A DNA stretch of 64,000 bases from Bacteroidales bacterium (GCA_050296515.1 JBNKRJ010000138.1:31677-95676), one strand, 5' to 3'. Shown: positions 25,904 through 36,029, counted from the stretch's first letter. The notes: generated by a model from the letters alone, not told the origin. Translations and numbers: made by a program.

Positions 25904-28696
25904 ATGAAAAAAATACTATTACTAACATTTATTCTTGCACTATTTTATCCATTAAATGCCCAGGTAACAACCGATCCAGCACTGCCCACTCAGGGGGCTG
26001 CTGTAACCATAACTTTTGATGCCACAGGAACAGCTCTTGAAGGCTACACTGGAGACGTTTATGCACATACAGGTGTTACCATTGATGGAGATGGTCGCTG
26101 GAAACATGTTATAGGCTCATGGGGAAGCAATTCAACCCAACCAAAACTTACAAATACAGGAACAGATTTATATGAATTGCAAATAACCCCTTCAATTGAT
26201 GGCTTCTACAGTGTAGCTGGGGGAGAAACTGTTACGGAATTATGTTTTGTTTTTAGAAGTGCTGATGCCGGAACACAAACTTCGGACATATTTGTTAATG
26301 TTTACCAATCAGGATTGGCAATAGCCATTACTTCTCCAACCACCCAACCTTACTTTGTTGATGCATCTTCAAGTTTTGATCTTCAGATAGATGGCGCAGA
26401 TGCAACAAGCACTGTAGTTAAAATCGATGGGGCTACTGTACACACCGAAACAGTTTCACCAAATTCATTCACCTATCCGGTTGCCACAGCAGCTTCGGGC
26501 ACACATGAAATAATAGTAGAAGCAACCAATGGAAGTGGAACTGTTAGCGACAATTTTATTTACGTTGCCCGTAGTACACCAACTGTAGCAACACTACCTG
26601 TAGGCGCAAAAGATGGAATAAACTATATTGATGATAACAATGTTATTCTTGTTTTACATGCTCCATACAAAAATTCAGTATATGCTTTTGGCAGTTTTAA
26701 TGACTGGCAACCAAAAATTATGAACCGTACCAACTCTGATATTAATGATCCGGAATTGCGTTATTGGGTTCCTCTGACAGATCTTGTTGCCGGACAAGAA
26801 TATATTTTCCAATACATTATTGATGAAGAACTTAAGATTGCAGATCCCTATACAGATAAAATTAGTGAACCATGGAATGACAAGTATATTGATAGCGAAA
26901 CTTATCCAAATCTAATTGCTTATCCGGAAACAAAAACCGAAGGCATTGCATCAACCTTCCAGACTGCTCAAACACCATATAGCTGGCAGGTAACTGATTT
27001 CACACCAGCTAAAAAAGAAGACTTAGTTATTTATGAATTACTGGTAAGAGATTTTGCAGCAAAAGCCAATTACCAAACATTAATAGACACTGTTGGGTAC
27101 TTTAAAAAATTAGGTATCAATGCAATTGAGCTGATGCCAATTAATGAATTTGAAGGAAACAGTAGCTGGGGATACAATCCAGCTTTCTATTTTGCCCCGG
27201 ATAAAGCCTATGGTACAAAAAATAAACTAAAAGAGTTTATTGATGTTTGCCATCAAAATGGAATTGCTATATTCATTGATATGGTATTAAACCATTCTTA
27301 CGGCCAATCTCCATTTGTTCAGATGTATTGGGATGATGTAAATGATCGACCTTCTGCTCAAAATCTATGGTACAACCAAACATCTCCCAATACAACTTAT
27401 AGCTGGGGTTATGATTTTAATCATGAAAGCAATTATACAAAAGCATTGGTTGATAGCATAAACAGCTACTGGTTAGGCGAATACAAGATTGATGGTTTTA
27501 GGTTTGACTTTACAAAAGGTTTTACCAACACTTCCGGTGATGGTTGGGCATACGATCAATCCAGGATTAATATTCTTACAAGAATGTATGATGAAATAAT
27601 TACTAGAAATCCGAATGCTTATGTGATTTTTGAACACTTATCAGACAATTCTGAGGAAAAGGTATTAGCAAATCATGGAATATTGCTTTGGGGAAATATG
27701 AATTATAATTACCGACAAGCTGCAAAAGGGTATACTGATAACACTGATTTATCTTGGGGTTATTATGCCAGCAGAAGCTGGAACGCTCCAAATTTGGTAA
27801 GCTACATGGAAAGCCATGATGAAGAAAGAATGATGTATGATTTATACAATGATGGAAAAGCAACAAGCTACTATAATACCACCGAAAAAACAACTGCTTT
27901 GAGAAGAGTTGAATTAGCAGCAACCTTCTTTTTCACCATTCCTGGTCCTAAAATGATTTGGCAGTTTGGTGAGCTTGGTTATGATATTAGCATTGACGAT
28001 CCAGGAAGAGTTGATCCAAAACCAATCAAATGGAATTATTATGATGATGCAGAAAGATTTAGGCTATTCCAGGTATTTGCTGCACTCATTAAATTGAAAA
28101 AAGAACAAGATGTGTTCGAAAATGGCACCGTAAATATGAGCGTTGCTGGTAGTGCTAAACGCATCAACATTTCAGGTACTGATATGGATGTAACAATAAT
28201 TGGAAACTTTGATGTAAGCGGGAAAAACATAGATCCAAACTTCCAGCAAACAGGAACCTGGTATGATTATTTCTCGGGTGAATCAATAGAAGTTGCTGAT
28301 GTGAATGAAGTAATTACTCTTTCCCCGGGCGAATCCCATATTTACACCACTGTTCAATTAGAAACACCTGACATTACTGATCCAAGTACCGGAATCAGCG
28401 AAGTTGGAAGCAAAAACAATGTAAATATCGGTTTAAAAACTTATCCAAACCCTGCAACTGACATGGTTAACTTGGAATTTAGCATTGAAAATTCTGTAGA
28501 AAATGCTGAAATAGCTGTATTCAACCTGTCAGGACAAAAAATAAATACCATTTATTCAGGAAAACTAATGAAAGGTCAGCACAACTTTGAATGGAACTTA
28601 AATAATGAGCAAGGAGCCAAAGTAAGCAAAGGCCTCTATTTATTAAAAATTAAAGCTACAAATATCAACCAAAATTCAGTAATTGTGGTCAATTAG
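25904..28696 (+). CDS. GH13 enzyme (pullulanase/amylase-like with N-terminal Ig/E-set-type domains) carrying a T9SS C-terminal sorting domain
   Basis: The start is taken at MKKILLLTFILALFYPLNAQ (signal peptide) rather than the ORF-track start at 25823, which overlaps the upstream hairpins. GH13 regions are present: NAIELMPINEF, IFIDMVLNHS, DGFRFDFTKG, IFEHL, YMESHDEE. The C-terminus (KTYPNPATDMVNLEF...GLYLLKIKA...VIVVN) fits the T9SS CTD. Confidence 0.8.
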   Translation: MKKILLLTFILALFYPLNAQVTTDPALPTQGAAVTITFDATGTALEGYTGDVYAHTGVTIDGDGRWKHVIGSWGSNSTQPKLTNTGTDLYELQITPSIDGFYSVAGGETVTELCFVFRSADAGTQTSDIFVNVYQSGLAIAITSPTTQPYFVDASSSFDLQIDGADATSTVVKIDGATVHTETVSPNSFTYPVATAASGTHEIIVEATNGSGTVSDNFIYVARSTPTVATLPVGAKDGINYIDDNNVILVLHAPYKNSVYAFGSFNDWQPKIMNRTNSDINDPELRYWVPLTDLVAGQEYIFQYIIDEELKIADPYTDKISEPWNDKYIDSETYPNLIAYPETKTEGIASTFQTAQTPYSWQVTDFTPAKKEDLVIYELLVRDFAAKANYQTLIDTVGYFKKLGINAIELMPINEFEGNSSWGYNPAFYFAPDKAYGTKNKLKEFIDVCHQNGIAIFIDMVLNHSYGQSPFVQMYWDDVNDRPSAQNLWYNQTSPNTTYSWGYDFNHESNYTKALVDSINSYWLGEYKIDGFRFDFTKGFTNTSGDGWAYDQSRINILTRMYDEIITRNPNAYVIFEHLSDNSEEKVLANHGILLWGNMNYNYRQAAKGYTDNTDLSWGYYASRSWNAPNLVSYMESHDEERMMYDLYNDGKATSYYNTTEKTTALRRVELAATFFFTIPGPKMIWQFGELGYDISIDDPGRVDPKPIKWNYYDDAERFRLFQVFAALIKLKKEQDVFENGTVNMSVAGSAKRINISGTDMDVTIIGNFDVSGKNIDPNFQQTGTWYDYFSGESIEVADVNEVITLSPGESHIYTTVQLETPDITDPSTGISEVGSKNNVNIGLKTYPNPATDMVNLEFSIENSVENAEIAVFNLSGQKINTIYSGKLMKGQHNFEWNLNNEQGAKVSKGLYLLKIKATNINQNSVIVVN

Positions 28697-28718
28697 TAGT
28701 ACTATTTCTCTTTAGTTT

Positions 28719-28744
28719 AGGCTGCCTTCGGGTGGCCTTTTTTG
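28719..28744 (+). terminator. Rho-independent terminator
   Basis: aggctgcc-ttcg-ggtggcct (two G-U pairs) followed by T6. Confidence 0.7.
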
Positions 28745-28821
28745 TTAAAAAACCTTAAAGTAATAAGGGAATAGAAGTTTTATGCTTGTCTTATAACTAA
28801 GAAACCATAAAACAAAACAAC

Positions 28822-29349
28822 ATGAAAAAGAGATTCTTTATTTTACTAATAGTACCAATCCTAATAACATCATGTGGAAGACAAGTTCCCGAAGGAACGA
28901 CCATAAAGGTGGTCAATGAATCAGGAGTTGAAAACTATGATATTTATACTTTTGAAGACAAGCTAAAAGGTAAATTAAAAGACTTTAACTTCACAGTAAA
29001 GCAGGGAGGAACAACTGATTATACCATTCGAATATCAGATTATAGTCAATCCACTTACACCTGGTTTGAGTCTCCAACAGATGATTGTTCCTGGTCAACT
29101 TACCAGTTAACAGAAGAATCAACAAATCTTAAGGCTGAACTATTTGAATATGAGGCCAGTAAACTGGATGGATGGTATTTTACACATACCAGTTCTGAAA
29201 AATTAAAGGCAACTGAAAGTGGCAGTGGATGCTATAATTATTATGTATCAACCCCATTCTGGGATGAGCTACTTGAAGGCGATATGGATGATTTTGCAAG
29301 AAGAACAGCAAGAAGAACATCCAGGATTGTTTTTCATCAGGAATACTAG
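28822..29349 (+). CDS. Hypothetical lipoprotein
   Basis: 175 aa. Lipobox is ILITSCGRQ. No recognisable family. Confidence 0.5.
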   Translation: MKKRFFILLIVPILITSCGRQVPEGTTIKVVNESGVENYDIYTFEDKLKGKLKDFNFTVKQGGTTDYTIRISDYSQSTYTWFESPTDDCSWSTYQLTEESTNLKAELFEYEASKLDGWYFTHTSSEKLKATESGSGCYNYYVSTPFWDELLEGDMDDFARRTARRTSRIVFHQEY

Positions 29350-29412
29350 AAATCAAAATAGAAAAAGGCCGGAAAATACTCCCAGGCCTTTAATCAATTA
29401 TTTTCGTTTATT

Positions 29413-30723
29413 TTACAACCCTGCAAAATAAATTCCCTCGAACAGCATGCTTGAACGTCTCCATGATGAGTTCTCGTAAACATCACTTCCCAATTCAACC
29501 AACTGGTTCCAAAAATCTTTTGCATTACCGGTAATATTCATCTCGTAAACAGGATGAACCAATATTCCTTTTTCAATTAGCATACCTGCAATTCCGAATG
29601 AAAAATCACCTGTGGTACCATTTGAGTTTCCTCCGTTGAAACTGGTTACTAAAATTCCCTTATCAATGCTCTTTATCATCTCTTCTAATGAACGTTTTCC
29701 ATATTCAAATATAAGATTAGATGATCCGGATGAAGTGGGCTCTAAACCCAGTTTTTTACCATAATAATTATCAATGTAATAATTCTTAAGTACTCCTTTA
29801 TCAATCATCACCCTTTTTTGCGAAGCAATTCCGTCACCATCGTACAACCTTGAACCAAATGCACCATTGATAAACGGATCATCGATCATGGTGAATTTAT
29901 CCGAAGCGACCTTCTTTCCAATCATATTTTCGAGGTAAGAACTCTTTTGTTGCAGAGAGCGTGCACTCATCGGACTTATCAGCATCCCGATTAATCTGCT
30001 GGCGACCCTGTTTTCAACCAACATGTCAAACTTACCTGATTCAATTTTCTTCTGTCCTACTTTTCTTAAAGCCCTCACAGCTGCCTGTTTTCCTAATTCC
30101 TCAGCATTTGGCAAACCATTAAAAAAACGATTGCTTTGATAAGCCCAGTCTTCAGGCCTGGCATCATTATCTTTGACAGTAACTTCTGCACCTGCCGAAT
30201 AATAAGTCTCCTCGCTTATTCCTTCAAATCCGTTGCTTAGCACCATTGCCGAGGAGTATTTCGAATCAGAAAATCCTCCTGTAACTGAAATAATCTTATC
30301 ACTCTGGCTCACAGCACTTTTCTCTAATGCTGTTGCAATCTCAATTCGTTTATCCGTAGTCAGTTCATCGTAATTTTTATCACAAAGATTTAAATCCTTT
30401 GTATGATCCTTTGGATAGTACTTAGGATCGGGCAATTCCCTGAATTCATCTGCCGAAAGGTATTTGGTTGCTGCAACTGCCTCTTTAATAAACCTTTCAA
30501 GCGATTCTTTTCGAAGATCATTGGTAAAATGACCAGAATACTTATGATCAAGATAAATATTTAGTGATAAAGAGTTTTGAGTAGTTTCTTTTAATTTTTC
30601 CAATTTATTGTCGCGCACCTCTACTTCAACATCTCTTGAATTGGATACGCTGACTTTGGTTTGACTGGCCCCCTGTTTTAATGCAAAATCAGAAGCCCAT
30701 TTTGCTAATTCTAATTTATCCAT
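29413..30723 (-). CDS. TldD/PmbA-family (peptidase U62) protein, PmbA-like
   Basis: 436 aa. The C-terminal pattern GGNSNGTTGDFSFGIAGMLIEKG is typical of the family. It is paired with a TldD-like gene upstream. Confidence 0.8.
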   Translation of the reverse strand: MDKLELAKWASDFALKQGASQTKVSVSNSRDVEVEVRDNKLEKLKETTQNSLSLNIYLDHKYSGHFTNDLRKESLERFIKEAVAATKYLSADEFRELPDPKYYPKDHTKDLNLCDKNYDELTTDKRIEIATALEKSAVSQSDKIISVTGGFSDSKYSSAMVLSNGFEGISEETYYSAGAEVTVKDNDARPEDWAYQSNRFFNGLPNAEELGKQAAVRALRKVGQKKIESGKFDMLVENRVASRLIGMLISPMSARSLQQKSSYLENMIGKKVASDKFTMIDDPFINGAFGSRLYDGDGIASQKRVMIDKGVLKNYYIDNYYGKKLGLEPTSSGSSNLIFEYGKRSLEEMIKSIDKGILVTSFNGGNSNGTTGDFSFGIAGMLIEKGILVHPVYEMNITGNAKDFWNQLVELGSDVYENSSWRRSSMLFEGIYFAGL

Positions 30724-30850
30724 GTTTTTCAGTTTGTGTTTTTAATTGATTTTCTTTTACTAAAATGTATTGATTCTTTTAGCTGGAAGTTTTAACTATA
30801 CAGTTTCTGGTAAAGCTGTTTTCAGGAATCCAGCAACCAGGATCCACCAT

Positions 30851-32395
30851 CTAGCTTACACCACCAACAGTAATGCTTGAAACCTTAACTGTAGGTAAGC
30901 CCTGCGAAACCGGAACACCTTGCCCGTTCTTTCCACATGTCCAGCCACCTTCAGCCATTTTCATGTCATTACCCACCATGGTAATTTTGCTCAACACATC
31001 AGGCCCGTTACCAATAATGTTAATGTCTTTTACAGGCTTGGTAAGTTTGCCATTTTCAATTAAATAACCTGATTTAACATAGAAAGTAAAATCTCCGCCA
31101 CCAATGTTCACCTGACCATTGGTAAACGAGATTGCATATAATCCCTTTTTAGTACTTGCAATAATTTCGTCTTTAGTATGAGGACCATTTTCCATATAAG
31201 TGTTTCTCATACGAGGTATTGGCTGATGACGGAATGATTCGCGACGACCATTACCTGTTGGTTTTAAACCATAATATTTTGCGCTAATTCTGTCGTGTAG
31301 ATAGCTGGCCATAACTCCGTTTTCAACCATTATGGTGTTTTGGCTGTCATTTCCTTCATCGTCAATATTGATAGAACCTCGGATATTTGGGTTTGTACCA
31401 TTATCAACTATAGTAACATGTTCATTTGCAACCTTTTTACCAATTTTGTCGCTAAAAATCGAAATCTTTTTTCTGTTGAAATCAGCTTCCATTCCGTGAC
31501 CAATTGCTTCGTGCAATAAAATCCCCGAACTACCCGCTGCTAAAACTACTTCCATTTCTCCGCCTTTTGGCTTCACTGCATCAAATAAAGAAACAGTTCT
31601 GCGGACAGCTTCGCTCGCCAATTTATCGACATTGTCAGGAGTAAAGAACTCAATCCCCCTTCTTCCTGCAAGGTCAAAATAGCCAGATTCTTTTTGTCCA
31701 TCCTGTTCGGCAGTACAACTTACCGAAATACTTGATTGTGGCTGATAATCATAGGTAATACGACCTTCGGAATTCGCAAACAAAACATATGAAGTCTCAT
31801 CATCAAACCAAATATTTGACTTAATAATTCTTTTGTCAGCCGCAAAAACCTTATCGTTTATCTTTTGTAGATAAGGTATTTTGGTGTCAATCGAAACTTT
31901 CTCCCACGGTGTTTTAATAGCATAATAATTTGGGTGATTGTGCGTTTTAAATGCCACAGGATCTACCTTTTTTGAGGAACCTGCAATATTTGCCGCAGTT
32001 TTGGCCGCGTTTTTCATTGCTTTAGGAGTGATTTCCTCTGTAAAGGTATAACCGGTTTGATCTCCTTTTAGAACTCTGATGCCAACACCAAAATTCACAA
32101 TAGAATAGGCTCTGTTAACCGATTTGTCTTCCAATCCAATATAATTCACCATATTGTGCTGAAAATACAAATCGCAATAATCACCACCTTTTGACAAAGC
32201 TTCTGCCATTACTTCGCGAATGATTTGCTCATTCACCCCAAATCGATCAAAATAATCATTTAGTGTTAAATTTCCTGGGCTTTCTAATGCAAAGGCCTTT
32301 TCGAGATCTGAAGACAAGAAGTAGGGAACCATAGCTGCACCAGCCATGCCAACTGCTCCATTCTTTAAGAACTTACGTCTGCTAATTTTGTTCAT
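30851..32395 (-). CDS. TldD-family metalloprotease-like protein with twin-arginine signal
   Basis: 514 aa. The N-terminus SRRKFLKNGAVGMAGAA is a Tat motif. The HEAIGH metal-binding motif and the GGGDFTFYV pattern are present. Confidence 0.8.
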   Translation of the reverse strand: MNKISRRKFLKNGAVGMAGAAMVPYFLSSDLEKAFALESPGNLTLNDYFDRFGVNEQIIREVMAEALSKGGDYCDLYFQHNMVNYIGLEDKSVNRAYSIVNFGVGIRVLKGDQTGYTFTEEITPKAMKNAAKTAANIAGSSKKVDPVAFKTHNHPNYYAIKTPWEKVSIDTKIPYLQKINDKVFAADKRIIKSNIWFDDETSYVLFANSEGRITYDYQPQSSISVSCTAEQDGQKESGYFDLAGRRGIEFFTPDNVDKLASEAVRRTVSLFDAVKPKGGEMEVVLAAGSSGILLHEAIGHGMEADFNRKKISIFSDKIGKKVANEHVTIVDNGTNPNIRGSINIDDEGNDSQNTIMVENGVMASYLHDRISAKYYGLKPTGNGRRESFRHQPIPRMRNTYMENGPHTKDEIIASTKKGLYAISFTNGQVNIGGGDFTFYVKSGYLIENGKLTKPVKDINIIGNGPDVLSKITMVGNDMKMAEGGWTCGKNGQGVPVSQGLPTVKVSSITVGGVS

Positions 32396-32717
32396 AAAAG
32401 TTTAAAGTTTAGTTAGGTAAAATAAAATTTTGAGTCATCTTAATTGAAGATGAATAAGTTAATTGAGGTAATAGTGGTTAATGAATCCCTACTTGAGGGA
32501 ATAAAAATGAACTTTTAAAAGAAACCAAAAGCCTTTAAATCAAAAGCTTAACGATTTACACATAGAGTTAATTTTTTCTAAAAATAGTCGTTTTTTTGGA
32601 AAGATCAAATCTGAAACAGTTAAAGTTTAGTTAAAGGGTATGGAAGGGCTTGTAAAATAATTAGGTTGGTGAATATTTATTTGCTGCCTGAAAATTTAGC
32701 TATACAATTGCAATGTT

Positions 32718-32979
32718 ATAGGTTTCAACCATTGAAAAAGAATTCTTTAAATAAGGTTAGAAACAGATACGATTCTTTAAAGCTACTAAGGTTTGTTAGA
32801 AAAATAAGGTTTTATCAAATTAAATTTTAGTATGCACTTTAATGCAGTGAAAACAAAACCTTATCCCATCACAACTTTATGCCCCTATAGTTTACGTCCA
32901 TAAAAACCTTATTTTTAACCTTATCAACCTCAGTAGCATAATTAATTATGCAATATATAACACAACCTTATTACCTTAT
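32718..32979. repeat. Cluster of TAAGGTT / AACCTTA heptamers in convergent orientation
   Basis: Forward copies are at 32752, 32787 and 32805, plus the variant taggttt at 32719. Reverse copies are at 32858, 32906, 32918 and 32965, plus the variant accttat at 32973. An attctttaaa direct repeat is also present (32753 region and 32772-32781). Confidence 0.6.
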
Positions 32980-33106
32980 TTTATGCGTTGCAATAGGGAA
33001 AAATTGTCGCATCACCCCCTTTCTATTTAATAGATTGGTACTGGTTTAAAACAAAGAAAGCCCGACCTTTCTCAGCCAGACTTTAGAAAATATGATGGTA
33101 TTAAAA

Positions 33107-34507
33107 CTATAAACTTTTTATTTCACTAACCAGCTTCTGTAGGGAGTCTTTTGCATTACCAAAAAGCATTCGTGTTTTATCATCAAAAAACAGGTAGTTT
33201 TCTATGCCTGCATAACCTTTTCCCATTCCTCGTTTCATTACTATGATGTTTTTTGCAGTTGCAGCTTCAATAATTGGCATGCCATAAATTGGTGATGAAG
33301 GATCATCATTCGCAGCAGGATTCACCACATCATTAGCTCCAATTACTATAACTACATCAGTATTCGGTAATTCTGGATTGATATCATCCATTTCGACCAG
33401 TTTTGTGTAAGGAACATCGGCTTCTGCTAACAAAACATTCATATGCCCGGGCATTCTACCGGCAACCGGGTGAATTGCATATTTCACTTCTACTCCCCTG
33501 TCGCTAAGCAACTTATCCAATTCACTACAAGTATGTTGTGCTTGAGCGGCAGCTAATCCATACCCAGGAACAATAACTACCTTTTGAGAATAATTCAATA
33601 GAACAGAGGCATCAGACAAGGAAATTTCTTTGATAATTCCACCTTCTTTATTAACACCTCCAGCACCTCCTCCACCAAAGCCTCCAATAAGCACATTCAA
33701 AAGCGAGCGGTTCATTGCCTTACACATTAAAAATGTGAGAATTAACCCTGCAGCACCAACCAAAATACCTCCCAGAATCATGGCCTGGTTATGATAAATA
33801 AATCCTGCTAAAGCAGCAGCAATTCCTGAAAAAGAATTCAACAGGGATATCACCACTGGCATATCAGCACCACCTATAGGAAGGACAAAGAATATTCCGT
33901 AAACCAAAGAAATAACCAGCAAAATGTATACAATGATACTTCGTTCAATAAATGGTTCTTTTGCAACAATTAAATAAACAGTGGATATAAAAACAATCAC
34001 CAACATGGTGATATTCAAATAAGGCAGTATTTTGTTTGAAGTATCACCAAGTTTTCCATCAAGCTTGGCGTAGGCAATCATACTTCCGCTAAAAGTAAGG
34101 CTACCAACAACAAGTCCTAAAACCGTAACCAGAATAGAACTATTCTCGGGATTGGTAAACTCTATTAAGGCAACCAAAGCAGATGCAGCTCCACCTGTGG
34201 CATTATAAAACGACACCAACTGAGGCATGGATGTCATCTTAATTTTTCTTGCAATTACCGCTCCAACAACAGTTCCAATTGCTATAACAGAAACAATTAG
34301 AATTATATTCGATAGCGGTATGTTGCTTCCATGCTCGTCTTTGTACAATATTAATGTGCTAACCATTGCTAAAACCATTCCTCCTGCAGCCCAAAGGTTA
34401 CCTTTCTTTGAAGATTCAGGATGGCTCATTAATTTGAGGCCTGTCACAAATAATATAGCAGCTGTTAGATAACTTAAATCAAGTATTATTAATCCTGTGT
34501 TTTCCAT
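33107..34507 (-). CDS. pntB: NAD(P) transhydrogenase subunit beta
   Basis: 466 aa. An N-terminal polytopic membrane domain is followed by a C-terminal NADP(H)-binding domain (VVIVPGYGLAAAQAQH, GRMPGHMNVLLAEA, VIGANDVVNPAA). Confidence 0.9.
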   Translation of the reverse strand: MENTGLIILDLSYLTAAILFVTGLKLMSHPESSKKGNLWAAGGMVLAMVSTLILYKDEHGSNIPLSNIILIVSVIAIGTVVGAVIARKIKMTSMPQLVSFYNATGGAASALVALIEFTNPENSSILVTVLGLVVGSLTFSGSMIAYAKLDGKLGDTSNKILPYLNITMLVIVFISTVYLIVAKEPFIERSIIVYILLVISLVYGIFFVLPIGGADMPVVISLLNSFSGIAAALAGFIYHNQAMILGGILVGAAGLILTFLMCKAMNRSLLNVLIGGFGGGGAGGVNKEGGIIKEISLSDASVLLNYSQKVVIVPGYGLAAAQAQHTCSELDKLLSDRGVEVKYAIHPVAGRMPGHMNVLLAEADVPYTKLVEMDDINPELPNTDVVIVIGANDVVNPAANDDPSSPIYGMPIIEAATAKNIIVMKRGMGKGYAGIENYLFFDDKTRMLFGNAKDSLQKLVSEIKSL

Positions 34508-34571
34508 GTTTTATTTTTGTACTTAATGAGTAAACTTACTGAATATCAAGCAAATTATTGAACCTGTCAGC

Positions 34572-34895
34572 CTAATCCTTTTTATTCTTTTTCTTTTTAA
34601 ACATATCCAGCATTCTGTCGGTAACAACAAAACCACCAGCAACATTTAGGGTTGCAAAAAAGACTGCTAAAATGCCTAAAACCAATCTAAGGTTGAAGGT
34701 TGTCAAATCAGCATGTCCTAAAAGGATAATTCCTCCAATAATAATGACCCCGCTAATTGCATTAGCCCCAGACATTAGCGGAGTATGCAGTACCGAAGGT
34801 ACATTTGATATCACTTCCATCCCCAGAAAAATTGACAGGACGATAATAAAAATTGCTTCTTTGTTTAAGTCAAAAAAATGTAATGCTTGTTCCAT
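34572..34895 (-). CDS. pntA: NAD(P) transhydrogenase alpha subunit, membrane part (alpha-2)
   Basis: 107 aa with 3-4 TM segments (TPLMSGANAISGVIIIG). It lies between the alpha-1 and beta genes. Confidence 0.85.
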   Translation of the reverse strand: MEQALHFFDLNKEAIFIIVLSIFLGMEVISNVPSVLHTPLMSGANAISGVIIIGGIILLGHADLTTFNLRLVLGILAVFFATLNVAGGFVVTDRMLDMFKKKKNKKD

Positions 34896-34907
34896 AGCTA
34901 ACTATCT

Positions 34908-36029
34908 TTATAACATCGATTTAACACGTTCATTCATAATTTCCCCATCTTTGGTCAAACAGGTTCCTTGTATAATATCATCTTCAAAATCAAGGTTTAA
35001 ATCACCTTCATCAGTAATAAACAATTTAAGAAGATTTGTCACATTCTTGCCAAACATTGCACTTGCATCAATCTGCATATCAGTTGGATAATAAGAATTA
35101 CCAACAATTTTCACATCATGTTCTACAACTGTTTGATTATCACGGGTTAGTTCACAATTTCCACCTGTGGATGCAGCCAAATCAATTATTACAGAGCCTT
35201 TCTTCATTTTGGCAACTGTCTCCTTATGAATCAAAACCGGAGCTTTTCTACCAGGAATCTGGGCGGTACAAATTACTACATCAGATTTTATGGCATGTTC
35301 CTGAATCATTTGAGCCTGCTTCTGCTTAAACTCAACCGTTTGTTCTACGGCATAACCACCCGCATTGGCATCCTCCACTGCGCCTTCAACTTCTATAAAT
35401 TTTCCACCCAAGCTTTTCACCTCTTCTTTAACCGCCGATCGCACATCAAAAACTTCAACTACTGCACCCAGCTTTCTTGCAATAGCAATTGCCTGAAGGC
35501 CAGCAACACCAGCTCCCAGAATTAGCATCCTGGCAGGTTTTATTGTACCTGCTGCTGACATAAACATGGGGAAAAACCTTGGCAAATGCAACGCAGCTTC
35601 AAGAACAGCCCTGTAACCAGCAATAGTTGCCATTGATGATAAAATATCCATTGATTGGGCCCGGGTAGTACGCGGTACAAGCTCAAGACTAAAAGATGTT
35701 AGCTTTTTCTCGACCAGCTTTTTTACCAAATCATGGTTTCCAAAGGGGTTCATGGCTCCAATCAACACTTTTGAAGAATCAATTGCATTAATTTCATCGC
35801 CACTTAAGGGGTTAATAAATGCAATTAAATCACTCTCTGTCAACAAAGTAGACCTATCCCTAATCTCAGCCCCTGCATCAATATACTCCTGATCTGAAAC
35901 AAAAGCTAAACTTCCGGCACCAGCTTCAACAATCACCTTTGTTTTTAAGCCAATCATCGCCTTTACCATTTCCGGCAGCAAAACTACCCTTTTTTCAAAA
36001 TCGGGTTCTTTGAGTATTCCAATTATCAT
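34908..36029 (-). CDS. pntA: NAD(P) transhydrogenase alpha subunit, soluble part (alpha-1; alanine dehydrogenase-like)
   Basis: 373 aa. The Rossmann motif is LILGAGVAGLQAIAIARKLGA. The overall pattern is AlaDH/PNT-like. Confidence 0.9.
   Translation of the reverse strand: MIIGILKEPDFEKRVVLLPEMVKAMIGLKTKVIVEAGAGSLAFVSDQEYIDAGAEIRDRSTLLTESDLIAFINPLSGDEINAIDSSKVLIGAMNPFGNHDLVKKLVEKKLTSFSLELVPRTTRAQSMDILSSMATIAGYRAVLEAALHLPRFFPMFMSAAGTIKPARMLILGAGVAGLQAIAIARKLGAVVEVFDVRSAVKEEVKSLGGKFIEVEGAVEDANAGGYAVEQTVEFKQKQAQMIQEHAIKSDVVICTAQIPGRKAPVLIHKETVAKMKKGSVIIDLAASTGGNCELTRDNQTVVEHDVKIVGNSYYPTDMQIDASAMFGKNVTNLLKLFITDEGDLNLDFEDDIIQGTCLTKDGEIMNERVKSML

Noticed and set aside
29219-29431. 70-aa + strand ORF overlapping the end of the lipoprotein gene and the PmbA-like gene
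   Set aside because: It is an alternative frame of a better-supported CDS and runs into the convergent gene.
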